Positions 9,741 through 19,291 of a DNA stretch of 64,000 bases are shown in pieces. The DNA is from Bradymonadia bacterium (lineage in GTDB: Bacteria; Myxococcota_A; Bradymonadia; UBA7976; UBA1532). The notes beneath the pieces were generated by a model. It searched no databases and was not told the origin of the DNA. It was given only the letters and a program-made list of their open reading frames with translations. The DNA lies in NCBI GenBank assembly GCA_046290225.1, contig JBKAGE010000035.1:482783-546782 (forward strand), in the 5' to 3' direction. Position numbers and translations under genes: made by a program. Numbering within the stretch: position 1 is the first letter of the stretch; each line of letters begins with the position of its first letter.

Positions 9741-9769
9741 TTGACCGGCTCAGATCGAATTGATACTCT
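9741..9769 (+). promoter_or_regulatory. sigma70-type promoter for tRNA-Thr
   Basis: TTGACC-N17-TACTCT followed by a GC-rich discriminator. Confidence 0.55.
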
Positions 9770-9806
9770 GCGCCGCCGTTGGTCAGCAAATCGCTGATTG
9801 ATGTAG

Positions 9807-9882
9807 GCCGATATAGCTCAGTTGGTAGAGCAACTCATTCGTAATGAGTAGGTCGTCGGTTCAAGTCCGACTATCGGCTCCA
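9807..9882 (+). tRNA. tRNA-Thr(CGT)
   Basis: Cloverleaf: acceptor GCCGATA/TATCGGC, anticodon arm ACTCA-TTCGTAA-TGAGT, encoded CCA. Confidence 0.97.
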
Positions 9883-9973
9883 ATTTTTTCTTCCCTCACA
9901 TTTTTTGATGGTGTGTTGCCTCGGCAGGCAAACGGCCACGACGTTTTCAACGTACGTGTTCGAGTGTAGTAGA

Positions 9974-10822
9974 GTGCGCCCCGTGTTGAAGATCCTGCCC
10001 ATACTCGTGCTGTGCTTCGCTTCTGCCGCTCAGGCAGAGACCGGCCTCGGTCACGTGGTCATCGATCCGGGCCACGGCGGCGAGAACAAGGGCGCCCCTG
10101 CGCGGTTCATCAAGGGTGGGTTCGAAAAAAAGTACACCCTCGTCATCGCCGAGCACGTCGCTGGCATGCTCCGAGAAGCGGGGGTGCCCAAGGTCACCCT
10201 CACCCGCACCACCGACACCGACATGAGCCTCGCCGATCGGGTGATGCTCGCCAACCGCGTCGAAGCCGACGTGCTGGTGAGCATCCACCTGAACTCCAGC
10301 GAGCGTGCCGGTGCTGCAGGCCACGAGGTCTACTTCCTGAGCCTGCGGGCCACCGACGAAGCCGCGGAGCGCCTTGCCCGATACGAGAGCCTCGAGACCG
10401 GCGAAGCCCTCGCCCCTGCGCCCCGCAGTGACGATCCCGTGAAGGCGATCCTCGACGACTTGACGCAGAGCCGCGCCCATCAAGATGCAGAGACTCTCGC
10501 CGGGGTCATCTCCGCCCAGCTCGCCAAACACAGCCCGTTCCCCAACCGTGGGGTAAAGCAGGCGCCCTTCATCGTCTTGATGGGGGCCCACATGCCCGCG
10601 GTGGTGGTCGAGGTGGGTTTCTTGAACCACTACAAAGAGGGCCGGTACGTCACCCGGGAGCCGGGGATGACCACTGTGGCCCGGGCCATCGCCGACGGAG
10701 TGCTCGATTACGGCCGCCGAGTGGCGAAGCACCGGCGCAGGCATACCACCAAAGCGTCCACTTCCAACGAGGCCACCACCCAGGAGCCCCGCTCCGAGGA
10801 GCCTGTTCATGTCTCTCAGTGA
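9974..10822 (+). CDS. N-acetylmuramoyl-L-alanine amidase (Amidase_3); start uncertain
   Basis: VVIDPGHGG, TLTR, LVSIHLNS, PAVVVEVGFL. Confidence 0.92.
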   Translation: MRPVLKILPILVLCFASAAQAETGLGHVVIDPGHGGENKGAPARFIKGGFEKKYTLVIAEHVAGMLREAGVPKVTLTRTTDTDMSLADRVMLANRVEADVLVSIHLNSSERAGAAGHEVYFLSLRATDEAAERLARYESLETGEALAPAPRSDDPVKAILDDLTQSRAHQDAETLAGVISAQLAKHSPFPNRGVKQAPFIVLMGAHMPAVVVEVGFLNHYKEGRYVTREPGMTTVARAIADGVLDYGRRVAKHRRRHTTKASTSNEATTQEPRSEEPVHVSQ

Positions 10823-11531
10823 GCCCCGGCCTGATGGCCGGCAGCCCCACGCATTGCGCCCCATCGAGATCGAGCTGGGCATCCAGCGCTACGCCGCCGG
10901 CAGCGCCTTGATCAAGTGGGGCAACACCCACGTGCTCTGCTCCGCCACAGTGGAGGACAAGGTCCCGGGCCATCGCCTCGAGAGCGGCGGTGGCTGGATC
11001 AGCGCCGAGTATGCTTTGCTGCCGGGCAGCACCATGACCCGCGCCCGACGGGAGCGCGGCAAGGTGGGCGGCCGCACGGCGGAGATCCAGCGTTTGATCG
11101 CCCGCAGCCTGCGGGCCGCTGTGGATCTCGACGCTCTGGGCCCCCGCAGCATCTGGATCGACTGTGACGTGGTGCAGGCTGATGGAGGCACCCGCTGCGC
11201 CAGCATCACCGGTGGGTACGTGGCGCTGTGTCTCGCCCTGCAGAAGCTCGTCGACGCAGGCAAGCTCGGCCCGGAGATCATGCCCGAGCCGCTGGCCGCT
11301 GTGAGCCTCGGGGTGCGCAATGGCCAGGTCATCGCAGATCTGAACTACATCGAAGACGCCAGCGCCGACGTCGATCTCAACTTCGTGAGCAGCGTCACCG
11401 GGGTGGTGGAGATTCAAGGCACCGCCGAGGGCCGCCCCTTCACCCGGGCCGAGCTCGACGGAATGATCGACGCCGGCACCGCTGCCTGTGAGCAGCTCTT
11501 CGAGATTCAACGGGCGGCCCTGCGCCGCTGA
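10809..11531 (+). CDS. rph: Ribonuclease PH
   Basis: RPDGR...LRP, AEYALLP, GGRTAEIQRLIARSLR, DCDVVQADGGTRCASITG. Confidence 0.97.
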   Translation: MSLSEPRPDGRQPHALRPIEIELGIQRYAAGSALIKWGNTHVLCSATVEDKVPGHRLESGGGWISAEYALLPGSTMTRARRERGKVGGRTAEIQRLIARSLRAAVDLDALGPRSIWIDCDVVQADGGTRCASITGGYVALCLALQKLVDAGKLGPEIMPEPLAAVSLGVRNGQVIADLNYIEDASADVDLNFVSSVTGVVEIQGTAEGRPFTRAELDGMIDAGTAACEQLFEIQRAALRR

Positions 11532-11566
11532 ACATTGCCCATTCACGTGTCATTCAGAGTGTTGTC

Positions 11567-12190
11567 ATGAGCCGAACCTTCGTCGTCGCCACCGGCAATC
11601 CCCACAAGGTGGAAGAGCTCTCCGAGCTGATGCCTGGGGTGCCGCTGCAGCCCCTGAGCGACTTCCCCTCGGCCCCAGAGCCCGTGGAAGACGCCCCGGA
11701 CTTCGCCGGAAACGCCATCATCAAAGCCAAGAGCGCTCTGGCTCACACAGGCCTGCCGTCCCTGGCGGACGACAGCGGCATCTGCGTTGACTGCCTCGAT
11801 GGCGCGCCGGGCATCTACTCGGCCCGCTATGTCGAGGGCTCTGACGCGGATCGACGTCACGCCCTGCACAAGGCTGTGGGAGACGCTGAAGATCGCGGGG
11901 CCCAGTTCGTGTGTGTGATCGCCATCGCCGGTTTGCCCGACGATTTGCCACTGCCCGAGGGTGTGGAGCGGCGCGACGGCTGCTACATCGCCACCGGGGT
12001 GGTGCACGGCGAGATCGTCCGGGGCGCCGAGCGTGGGGCCCATGGGTTTGGCTACGATCCGATCTTCGAGTTGCCCGAGCGTGGCCTCACTACGGCGGAG
12101 CTCTCGACGGAGGAGAAGCACGCCGTCAGCCACCGAGGTCGCGCGGTGCGTGTCATCGCCCCCCTGCTGAACGCCTGGGTAGGCCAGTAA
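11567..12190 (+). CDS. rdgB: Non-canonical purine NTP pyrophosphatase (HAM1 family)
   Basis: ATGNPHK, ADDSG, GAPGIYSAR, GFGYDPIF, SHRGRA; follows rph. Confidence 0.95.
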   Translation: MSRTFVVATGNPHKVEELSELMPGVPLQPLSDFPSAPEPVEDAPDFAGNAIIKAKSALAHTGLPSLADDSGICVDCLDGAPGIYSARYVEGSDADRRHALHKAVGDAEDRGAQFVCVIAIAGLPDDLPLPEGVERRDGCYIATGVVHGEIVRGAERGAHGFGYDPIFELPERGLTTAELSTEEKHAVSHRGRAVRVIAPLLNAWVGQ

Positions 12191-12254
12191 CCTGCGGCAA
12201 ATCCTCTTGATTCTCGATGCGCCTCTGCCCACACTTCTCGAGAGGGAGGATGAA

Positions 12255-12623
12255 ATGAAGCGTATCTTGTACGTCGAGGATACCCGGGACAATCGAGAGC
12301 TGGTCTGCCAGATGCTCGACGACCTGTATCAAATCGAGACCGCCATCGACGGCGAAGAGGGCCTGCGCAAAGCGCAAGAGAGCCCTCCAGACCTGATGCT
12401 CATCGACATCAGCCTGCCCGTGATGGACGGCCTCACGCTCACCCGCCGCATCCGCGCTGACGCGCACTTGAACCAGATCCCCATCGTGGCCCTCACCGCC
12501 CACTGCATGGTGGGGGATCGGGAGAAGGCCCTCGCTGCCGGGTGTGACGACTTCCTGTCGAAGCCCTTCCGCATGATGCAGCTGCGCGACATGGTGGCTG
12601 ACCGCCTTGCCGCTGTTGAGTGA
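12255..12623 (+). CDS. Single-domain response regulator (DivK-like)
   Basis: ILYVED, PDLMLIDISLPVMDG, PIVALTA, GCDDFLSKP; GGAGG RBS. Confidence 0.92.
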   Translation: MKRILYVEDTRDNRELVCQMLDDLYQIETAIDGEEGLRKAQESPPDLMLIDISLPVMDGLTLTRRIRADAHLNQIPIVALTAHCMVGDREKALAAGCDDFLSKPFRMMQLRDMVADRLAAVE

Positions 12624-12644
12624 AACTGCTAGTACCCGCCTTCC

Positions 12645-12850
12645 ATATCTGCCTGCGGTGCCCTCTCTGAGCAGAGGGTGAAAAGGGAAGCCGGTGTGAA
12701 TCCGGCACGGTCCCGCCACTGTGTAGAGCGATCCCGTCAGACGTGACCGTTCACGGTCGACCACTCCGTTGCCCTGCGGGGGAAGGTGTCTGAGGGTGCG
12801 CTGGTCGACGAGATCACGCAGCTCGAAGTCAGGAGACCTGCCCAGGCATC
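12645..12850 (+). promoter_or_regulatory. Cobalamin riboswitch
   Basis: GGTGC...AAAAGGGAAGCCGGTGTGAATCCGGCACGGTCCCGCCACTGT...GTCAGGAGACCTGCC (B12 box), upstream of a TonB receptor operon; boundaries approximate. Confidence 0.93.
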
Positions 12851-13016
12851 ACCGCCCCCGATCTCGTGGGGCTGTTTGACGCTGTGCGCCTCGCGGAGGG
12901 TGCGTGGGTCCTGGCCTCGGCGACCGTCGAGTGTCTGCCCCTGCCCGCACGTGCACAGTTGAGATGGTCGACAACGGCCAAGTCGTCGACGCGCGGACGT
13001 CTGACGAGCAGGAGCG

Positions 13017-13970
13017 ATGAAGATGTCTCGATGGCAGAGTGAGCAGATGCGTTGGTCAACACTGGTGGTGTGTGCCCTGGCCTGTGGGCTGGTGTTCACC
13101 GGCTGTGATGATGATGACGAAGGCGGCGACGGCATGGGCGGCGCCGTGGCCGGCGCTGGTGGCGAAGCAGGCATGGGCGGTGCAGTCGCCGGTGCCGGCG
13201 GTGAAGCGGGCATGGGCGGCGCTGTGGCTGGCGCTGGTGGTGAGGCGGGCATGGGCGGCGGTGAGCCTCCGGCCATGGGCCTCACCGGTGACTTCATCGA
13301 CGCCTTCGGCGGTGGCCACTGGATCACCGACGCCCTCTGGATTCAGACCTTCTACCCGGGGCAGTCCACCTTCAACATCAGCCAGATCGACGGCGACGCT
13401 CAGGTGATCATCGCCCAGAACGATCCCGCCAACGACTTCAGCCCCAGCCTCTGGAGCCGGTTCGACTGGGTTGAGGTCGACAGCACCACCTACTACTGCC
13501 AGACCACCTTCGACGCCGAAAGCGAAGAGGCTGCCCTCGCCGTGGTCCGGGCCGACGACGCTGATCCCGCCAACGCGGGCTGTGGCGGCTTCGGTTGGAG
13601 CGCCCTCAACGTGGGCACCATGCCTTTCGTCGGTGGGTTCGACGACGACTTCGGCACATTCCACCTGATCACCAGCGCTTTCTGGAGCCAGGCCGGCGAG
13701 GGCTTCTCCAGCGTGTTCTTCACCGGCGAGATCAACCTCGAGGATCAGTACCTCGTGGCCCAGAACGGCCCCGCCAACGCGTTCAATGCCGAGCTGTGGA
13801 GTCGGTTCGACTGGGTCGAGGTCGACGGCACCACCTACTACTGCCAGTCGGCCTTCGACGCCGCCACCGCTGAAGACGCCGCCATGGTGCCTCGCCCCGA
13901 CGACGCTGATCCGACGGCAGGGGGCTGTGGGGGCATGTTCCCCTGGAGCGCGCTGATCACCGTCGAGTGA
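13017..13970 (+). CDS. Riboswitch-controlled lipoprotein with a Gly/Ala/Met linker and two copies of a ~115-aa domain (start may be 13047)
   Basis: Lipobox-like FTGC; duplicated AQN..N.F...LWSRFDWVEVD.TTYYCQ..FDA...DDADP...GCGG..WSAL. Confidence 0.8.
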   Translation: MKMSRWQSEQMRWSTLVVCALACGLVFTGCDDDDEGGDGMGGAVAGAGGEAGMGGAVAGAGGEAGMGGAVAGAGGEAGMGGGEPPAMGLTGDFIDAFGGGHWITDALWIQTFYPGQSTFNISQIDGDAQVIIAQNDPANDFSPSLWSRFDWVEVDSTTYYCQTTFDAESEEAALAVVRADDADPANAGCGGFGWSALNVGTMPFVGGFDDDFGTFHLITSAFWSQAGEGFSSVFFTGEINLEDQYLVAQNGPANAFNAELWSRFDWVEVDGTTYYCQSAFDAATAEDAAMVPRPDDADPTAGGCGGMFPWSALITVE

Positions 13971-13974
13971 GGCG

Positions 13975-16023
13975 GTGAAGACCCTGGGCCCCATCGCCCT
14001 GGGCGTGTTGATGTCGTGGCCCGGTGAGGTGTGTGCGCAGAGCCCAGTTGACCCGAACACGCCCGAAACGCCTTTGGAGATCGAGATCGACGACACGGGT
14101 GACGACGGGGCGATCGTCGTCATCGGCGGCGCGACCTCGGGCCCTGGCCGTGCGCCCGGTGGCGCCATCGATCGTCGCACTGTTCAAGAAGATGCCGGTG
14201 CTGATCTGTCAGAGGTGTTGCACGAGCAGCCAGGGCTGAGGGTGACCCGCCTTGGAGGTCTCGGTGCGTTCTCCACGCTGAGCATCCGAGGGTCGACTGC
14301 AGAGCAGGTGGCCATCTTTCTCGACGGTGTGCCTCTGAACCAGGCCTCTGGCGGGCCCGTCGATCTATCCACGTTGCCCACGGCCATCGTCGGCGAGGTG
14401 GTGATTCATCGCCACGTGGCCCCCATCGGTTATGGCGTCAGCGCTCTCGGTGGCGTCGTAGACGTGAAGAGCCGCGTACCCAAGGGCCGCGACGTGGAGA
14501 TGGTCGTCGGTGGTGGCAGCTTCGGTACCCACTCAGCCCAGGCGTGGCTCGCCGAGGGCGAGAGAGGCCGCGCGTGGGGCATCGCCCTCGATCATCGCGG
14601 CACCCAGGGGGACTTCGAGTACGTCGACGACCAGGGCACGCTGCTCGGCGCCGAAGGCGACGACGTGCGGCGGACCAGGGATCACAACCGATCGGCGCTC
14701 ACCTCGGCCTTGATCAACGGGCGGCTGCAGTGGGGTGAGCTCAGCATCAAGGCGCTCACCCTCTTGCAGAGCCGATCGGTGGAGTTGCCCGGGCTGGGTT
14801 CGATCCCTGCAGAGGAGGCCCGGTTGAAGAGCTGGCGAGGGTTGGTGGGCGCTCAGGGGGCGCTGTGGCTCGATCCGATGCTGGTCACCGTCTCGCCGTA
14901 TCTGACCGTGTCTCGAACCCAGCTGAAAGATCCGCTCTCCGAGGTGGGGCTGTCACCGGATGACACCCGCGACGACACCTTCGCCACGGGAGCCACCGCC
15001 GATCTCACCGCCGACGTGGCGTGGGGATCGTGGCAGCTCAGCCCCCAGGTGGTCTTCGCTGGGCGCTATGAGTCCTTCGAACCCGAGAGTGCGAACCCTG
15101 CACTCGGCCGTGGCCAGTCCACCCACAGAGTGCGGGGCTCAGGGGCTGCAGGCGTCACCCTCACTGACGAAGTGTGGTCCTGGGTGGCCGAAGGGCGTTA
15201 CACCCAACTGCGCAGCAGTACCGCTCAGGGTGAAAGCGTGAGCGATGGTCAGTGGACCGGTCGGATCGGGGTGCGCCGTGAGCTCGGCGACGCTGATCAT
15301 GGTCTGAGACTCTCTGTCGACGGCACTCGGGCGGTGCGGTTTCCCGATCTCTTCGAATTGTTCGGCAACACGGGCACTGTGCTCGGCAACCCCGAGTTGA
15401 AGCCCGAGCGCGGGTGGCAGGGCGATTTGGGGGCAGTGTATGCCCTCAGCAACAGCGCTCGGGATGCCTCGCTGCGCCTCGAAGCCCACGGGTTCGTCGG
15501 GCGGGTGGACGATCTCGTGCAGTTCGAGCGTAACAGCCAGGGCGTGCTCGTGGCCCGCAATGTCGACACTGCCAGCCTCGAGGGCGCCGAGATCGGACTG
15601 TGGACCCGATGGGGCCGTCATCGGGGCATCACCGTCCGTGGGGCCTTCACGTGGCTCGACGCGCGGAGCGAGAGCGTGCAGGTGGCCCGAGACGGCAAGC
15701 GCCTCCCCCTGCGGCCCGGGCGGCAAGTCTATGGTCGGTTGGGCTGGTTCGACGAGGGCGACGCTTTTTGGGCATGGGGGCTCTCTGCAGAGATCGAGCA
15801 TGTCGGCGACAACGCCCTCGACTTCGCCAACCTGATCGCCGTGCCCGACCGCACGCTGTACGGTGCCGGCGCGTGGGTGACCGCCTTTCGAGGGCAGCTG
15901 CGGGGTGATCTCACCGTGCGCAACCTCACCGACACCCAGGTGGTCGATCTGGCGGGATACCCCTTGCCTGGGGTGAGCGTCATGGCTCAAATCACAGCCC
16001 GACCTCTGTTGGAGGCCCCATGA
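13975..16023 (+). CDS. TonB-dependent receptor, BtuB-like
   Basis: Plug motif PGL.V...GG.G....SIRGS...V....DGVP, GNPELKPE, NLTD...GYPLPG; downstream of the B12 riboswitch. Confidence 0.88.
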   Translation: MKTLGPIALGVLMSWPGEVCAQSPVDPNTPETPLEIEIDDTGDDGAIVVIGGATSGPGRAPGGAIDRRTVQEDAGADLSEVLHEQPGLRVTRLGGLGAFSTLSIRGSTAEQVAIFLDGVPLNQASGGPVDLSTLPTAIVGEVVIHRHVAPIGYGVSALGGVVDVKSRVPKGRDVEMVVGGGSFGTHSAQAWLAEGERGRAWGIALDHRGTQGDFEYVDDQGTLLGAEGDDVRRTRDHNRSALTSALINGRLQWGELSIKALTLLQSRSVELPGLGSIPAEEARLKSWRGLVGAQGALWLDPMLVTVSPYLTVSRTQLKDPLSEVGLSPDDTRDDTFATGATADLTADVAWGSWQLSPQVVFAGRYESFEPESANPALGRGQSTHRVRGSGAAGVTLTDEVWSWVAEGRYTQLRSSTAQGESVSDGQWTGRIGVRRELGDADHGLRLSVDGTRAVRFPDLFELFGNTGTVLGNPELKPERGWQGDLGAVYALSNSARDASLRLEAHGFVGRVDDLVQFERNSQGVLVARNVDTASLEGAEIGLWTRWGRHRGITVRGAFTWLDARSESVQVARDGKRLPLRPGRQVYGRLGWFDEGDAFWAWGLSAEIEHVGDNALDFANLIAVPDRTLYGAGAWVTAFRGQLRGDLTVRNLTDTQVVDLAGYPLPGVSVMAQITARPLLEAP

Positions 16024-17252
16024 GATATGCAGGTGTGCTGTGGCTGTGGGCAATGCTCGGGGCCTGTGATGATGCCCCCGTGGCCCAGGCTGATCTCACC
16101 CCTGACGAAGACGCCCAGTGCCAGCTGGCGACGGTGCTCTCCGACTACACCTCCACCCGGATCTCATTGCTCGATGCCGCCGGAGAGCTCTGTCGAGCAG
16201 GGGTGCTTCACTCTGGCAGCGCTCCTCTGGGGTTGTCGACGGCCCTCTCGGGTGACGTGGTCCTCGGTGGTCCGCACCCTGAGGATCACATCACCCTCGT
16301 TGACCGGTTCCCCAATGGGGTGATCACATGGCTCGATCCGGTGGACTTCTCGGTGCTGGGTCAGCTCAATGTCAACACAGGTTTCGCCGCGAACCCGCAA
16401 GATGTGGCCCATGTGAGCGCCTCTCGGGCGTATGTCAGCCGTTTGGAGACCAACCCCAGGCCCGGTGACATCCCCTTCGATGGCGGTGGCGATTTGTTGG
16501 TGGTGGATCTCTCCACCTCCACCATCGTCGATCGCGTCGATCTCACCCCGTGGGGCATCGATGATGACCAGGGTCCGCTGTGGCCTCGCCCGGGCGCCAT
16601 GGTCCAGGCCCATGATCGGGTGTGGGTCACGCTGCAGCGTTTGTCCGAAGAGTTCGATCGAGGCGGATCGTCGATGTTGCTCGGGGTGAGCCCCACCACG
16701 GGGGAGGTCACGGACGAGGTCGATCTCGCACCTTTGAAGAATTGCACCGCCCTGACACGATCGCCTTCTGGTCGAGGCCTCTGGCTCGGCTGCACCGGGG
16801 TGTTCCTCGAAGGCCCCGAGGCTCAGCTGGCCCACAGCGGGGTGGCATACATCGATCTCGAAGATGGCCTCGCGCTCTGGCAAGCCTCGGCGGCACAGTT
16901 GGGAGGCCGTCACGTGGGCTTGTCCATCGCCGCCCTTGATGACAGTCGTGCCTACGTGACCGTGATCAGCCCTCTGGACGTGCAGCAACAGCCTGATGGG
17001 GTGTACCTCGTCGACCGGGCCGCGACGACGGGCCGCTTGATGCCCCTCGACGCCCCGCCCTATGCCCTCGGCGGGATGTGGCTCGACCCCGGCGCCATGC
17101 AGCTGTTGATCCCTGATGGAGATCCTGAGCGGCCGCGTATCTGGCGCTTCGACATCGAAGCCTCTGGCGATCTCACCGCCCTCGATGCTGTGGATCCTGA
17201 TCCTGAGGTGGGGCTGCCACCACGAGCCGTGGGATCCTATCGGTCAAGGTGA
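16020..17252 (+). CDS. Beta-propeller-like lipoprotein (YncE/BtuG-like), putative B12 accessory
   Basis: LGAC lipobox; NPQD...RAYVSR and repeated VVD/IDL blades; ATGA overlap with the receptor gene. Confidence 0.6.
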   Translation: MRYAGVLWLWAMLGACDDAPVAQADLTPDEDAQCQLATVLSDYTSTRISLLDAAGELCRAGVLHSGSAPLGLSTALSGDVVLGGPHPEDHITLVDRFPNGVITWLDPVDFSVLGQLNVNTGFAANPQDVAHVSASRAYVSRLETNPRPGDIPFDGGGDLLVVDLSTSTIVDRVDLTPWGIDDDQGPLWPRPGAMVQAHDRVWVTLQRLSEEFDRGGSSMLLGVSPTTGEVTDEVDLAPLKNCTALTRSPSGRGLWLGCTGVFLEGPEAQLAHSGVAYIDLEDGLALWQASAAQLGGRHVGLSIAALDDSRAYVTVISPLDVQQQPDGVYLVDRAATTGRLMPLDAPPYALGGMWLDPGAMQLLIPDGDPERPRIWRFDIEASGDLTALDAVDPDPEVGLPPRAVGSYRSR

Positions 17253-17410
17253 AGACGCAATGTCTCTCCCGATCCGTGCACTGAACGTCATACTGAACAA
17301 CTCCTGAACGTTCCCCCTCGTTATTCGAGATATCTTCAATCTTTTGAAACAGGGAATCTCTTTCTAAAACAGGTGGTTGTCGTTTTCGCAGTGCAAAATT
17401 GGCCGCTGGG

Positions 17411-17439
17411 TTGTTCACTGAACTCAAGTTCAGTATCGT
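17411..17439 (+). promoter_or_regulatory. Putative promoter with a palindromic operator in its spacer (LexA-like)
   Basis: TTGTTC-N17-TATCGT; ACTGAAC-TCAA-GTTCAGT at 17417-17434. Confidence 0.55.
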
Positions 17440-17497
17440 GGTGTCCGTAGGTCAAACCACACGTTCAAAAACCCATGTTGTCGTGCAGGAGTGAGAC

Positions 17498-19291
17498 ATG
17501 ACGATCAACCTCCCGAGCCCTCTCGTGGATGCCGTCTCGCGAGGTCAGTCAGTGCTCTTCGTGGGGGCGGGTTTTTCCCATGGAGTCACCGGCCTCAATT
17601 GGAATCAATTGCTCGAACGTTTACGGGACAGGCTCCCTGACGGTCGGGGCTGGGCAGGCCTCGACGCCCTCGACAAGGCTCAGCTCTTCGTGCAGGCCCA
17701 TGGCCGGCGCAGCCTCGAGCGTACCCTGGCGGGCATGCTCCCGGGGCCCACAGCGCTGAGGGGGTGCGTCACCGACGTGCACCGAGCCCTCATCAACATG
17801 CCGTTTCCGGTCATCGTGACCACCAATTACGACGGCCTCGTCGAGGCCACCCTCACCGATCTCGACATCCCCTTTCGGGTCATCGTCGACAATGACGAGG
17901 TGGCCGAGGCGGCTTCGCTGCAAGACGATGTGCGCCTGGTGGTGAAGATGCACGGTGATCTGTTGCTCGGCGACACCATCGTGCTCACCCGAGACGACTA
18001 CCTGAACTACGAGGTGACCCGCCCAGCCATGGTCACGCTGCTCAACAGCCTTCTGTTGAGCAGGCCCTTTGTGTTCTACGGTTTCGGGCTGAGCGATCCC
18101 AACTTCCACCTGATCTACCACGCGGTGATCCAGCGAAACGCTCGGGGTGGCCGGGCCTTTGCCCTCATGAAAGAGCCCAACGATCTCATGGCCCGCTATT
18201 GGGCCGGCCGTGGTGTGACGCTGGTCTCGGGGCCTACCTACACCGCCCTCGAAGAGATGATCCGCACGCTGCACGACGAGGTGCGGCGGCTGCAGTCCGC
18301 AGAGTGGGATCTCCCCACGGTGCTCCGGGCCCACTTCGGCGACGACAGCGACGAGGTGGTGCAGATGCTCGACGCGGTCCAGCGCCGTTTCAGCGAGCGC
18401 ATTCGGCGCTTTGCCCCGCTGCTCAACCCTGATCCCAACACGGGGCGCCGGCCCCCGATGCCCGACGCCGCTCGAGAAGAGATCCTCGGGGCGTTTCGGG
18501 CGCTGAAGGCGCTGGTGAAGGCGGGCTGCCCGGTCTCACCGGCCACCTTGCATCATGCCGGTGATTTGCTGGCGCGTCTGGCCTTATACGAGCCTGCCCG
18601 AGAGGCTCTGGAGCTGGCCATGGCCCTCACGCGCCGTACAGGGCTCAAGGCCACCATTGCCCTGCGCAGCAGCCTGGGCCGGGTGCTCAGCCGCCTCGGG
18701 GCCTATGATCGGGCCCAGGTGTATTTGGAGCGGGCCCTTGAGGAGGGTGATCCCGATCGACCCTGGGATCGTCTCGCCGAGTTGTCGTGGCTGTGTCGCT
18801 GTGTGCAGGCCCGCATCGACTATCTGCACCGTAGCCATCGGCCTGCTGCGGCAGCAGAGGTGCTCATGGCCTTCATCGATCGACACTCCGGCTGGCTGCC
18901 TTTGCTCGAGGGTGCCCCTCCAGAGGGCGACGAAGCGCACCACTGGGCAGCGTATTACGCCAACCATCGTATGGGCTGTTTGAGGGCCCTCGCTGCAGAA
19001 ACGCTCTCGGTGCATCCCGAGGTCCATGCCCGGCTGGCCATCGAGTTCCTGGTCCGGGCCATCGCCATGGCGCCTCACAAGCGGGCGTCGTACGAGCGGG
19101 TGCGGCCGCTGCTGCTCGAGTCACGGCATCTGCCGCCCGATCGTCATCGGTGGACCCAGCTGATCGACGGCGCGCCCCCAGAGGTGCGCCTCGAGCTGAA
19201 GGCCTCAACCCCGAGCGTACAGCTGAGATCGGGTCTGGGACTCGGCTTCGGTCACGATGCTGGGGCCCAGCCTCATCCGCAGCGGTCCTGA
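17498..19291 (+). CDS. SIR2-like (SIR2_2) domain protein with a C-terminal TPR-like helical region
   Basis: LFVGAGFS, IVTTNYD, VKMHGD, VLTRDDY, FYGFGLSDPN; helical repeats such as LGRVLSRLGAYDRAQVYLERAL. Confidence 0.88.
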   Translation: MTINLPSPLVDAVSRGQSVLFVGAGFSHGVTGLNWNQLLERLRDRLPDGRGWAGLDALDKAQLFVQAHGRRSLERTLAGMLPGPTALRGCVTDVHRALINMPFPVIVTTNYDGLVEATLTDLDIPFRVIVDNDEVAEAASLQDDVRLVVKMHGDLLLGDTIVLTRDDYLNYEVTRPAMVTLLNSLLLSRPFVFYGFGLSDPNFHLIYHAVIQRNARGGRAFALMKEPNDLMARYWAGRGVTLVSGPTYTALEEMIRTLHDEVRRLQSAEWDLPTVLRAHFGDDSDEVVQMLDAVQRRFSERIRRFAPLLNPDPNTGRRPPMPDAAREEILGAFRALKALVKAGCPVSPATLHHAGDLLARLALYEPAREALELAMALTRRTGLKATIALRSSLGRVLSRLGAYDRAQVYLERALEEGDPDRPWDRLAELSWLCRCVQARIDYLHRSHRPAAAAEVLMAFIDRHSGWLPLLEGAPPEGDEAHHWAAYYANHRMGCLRALAAETLSVHPEVHARLAIEFLVRAIAMAPHKRASYERVRPLLLESRHLPPDRHRWTQLIDGAPPEVRLELKASTPSVQLRSGLGLGFGHDAGAQPHPQRS

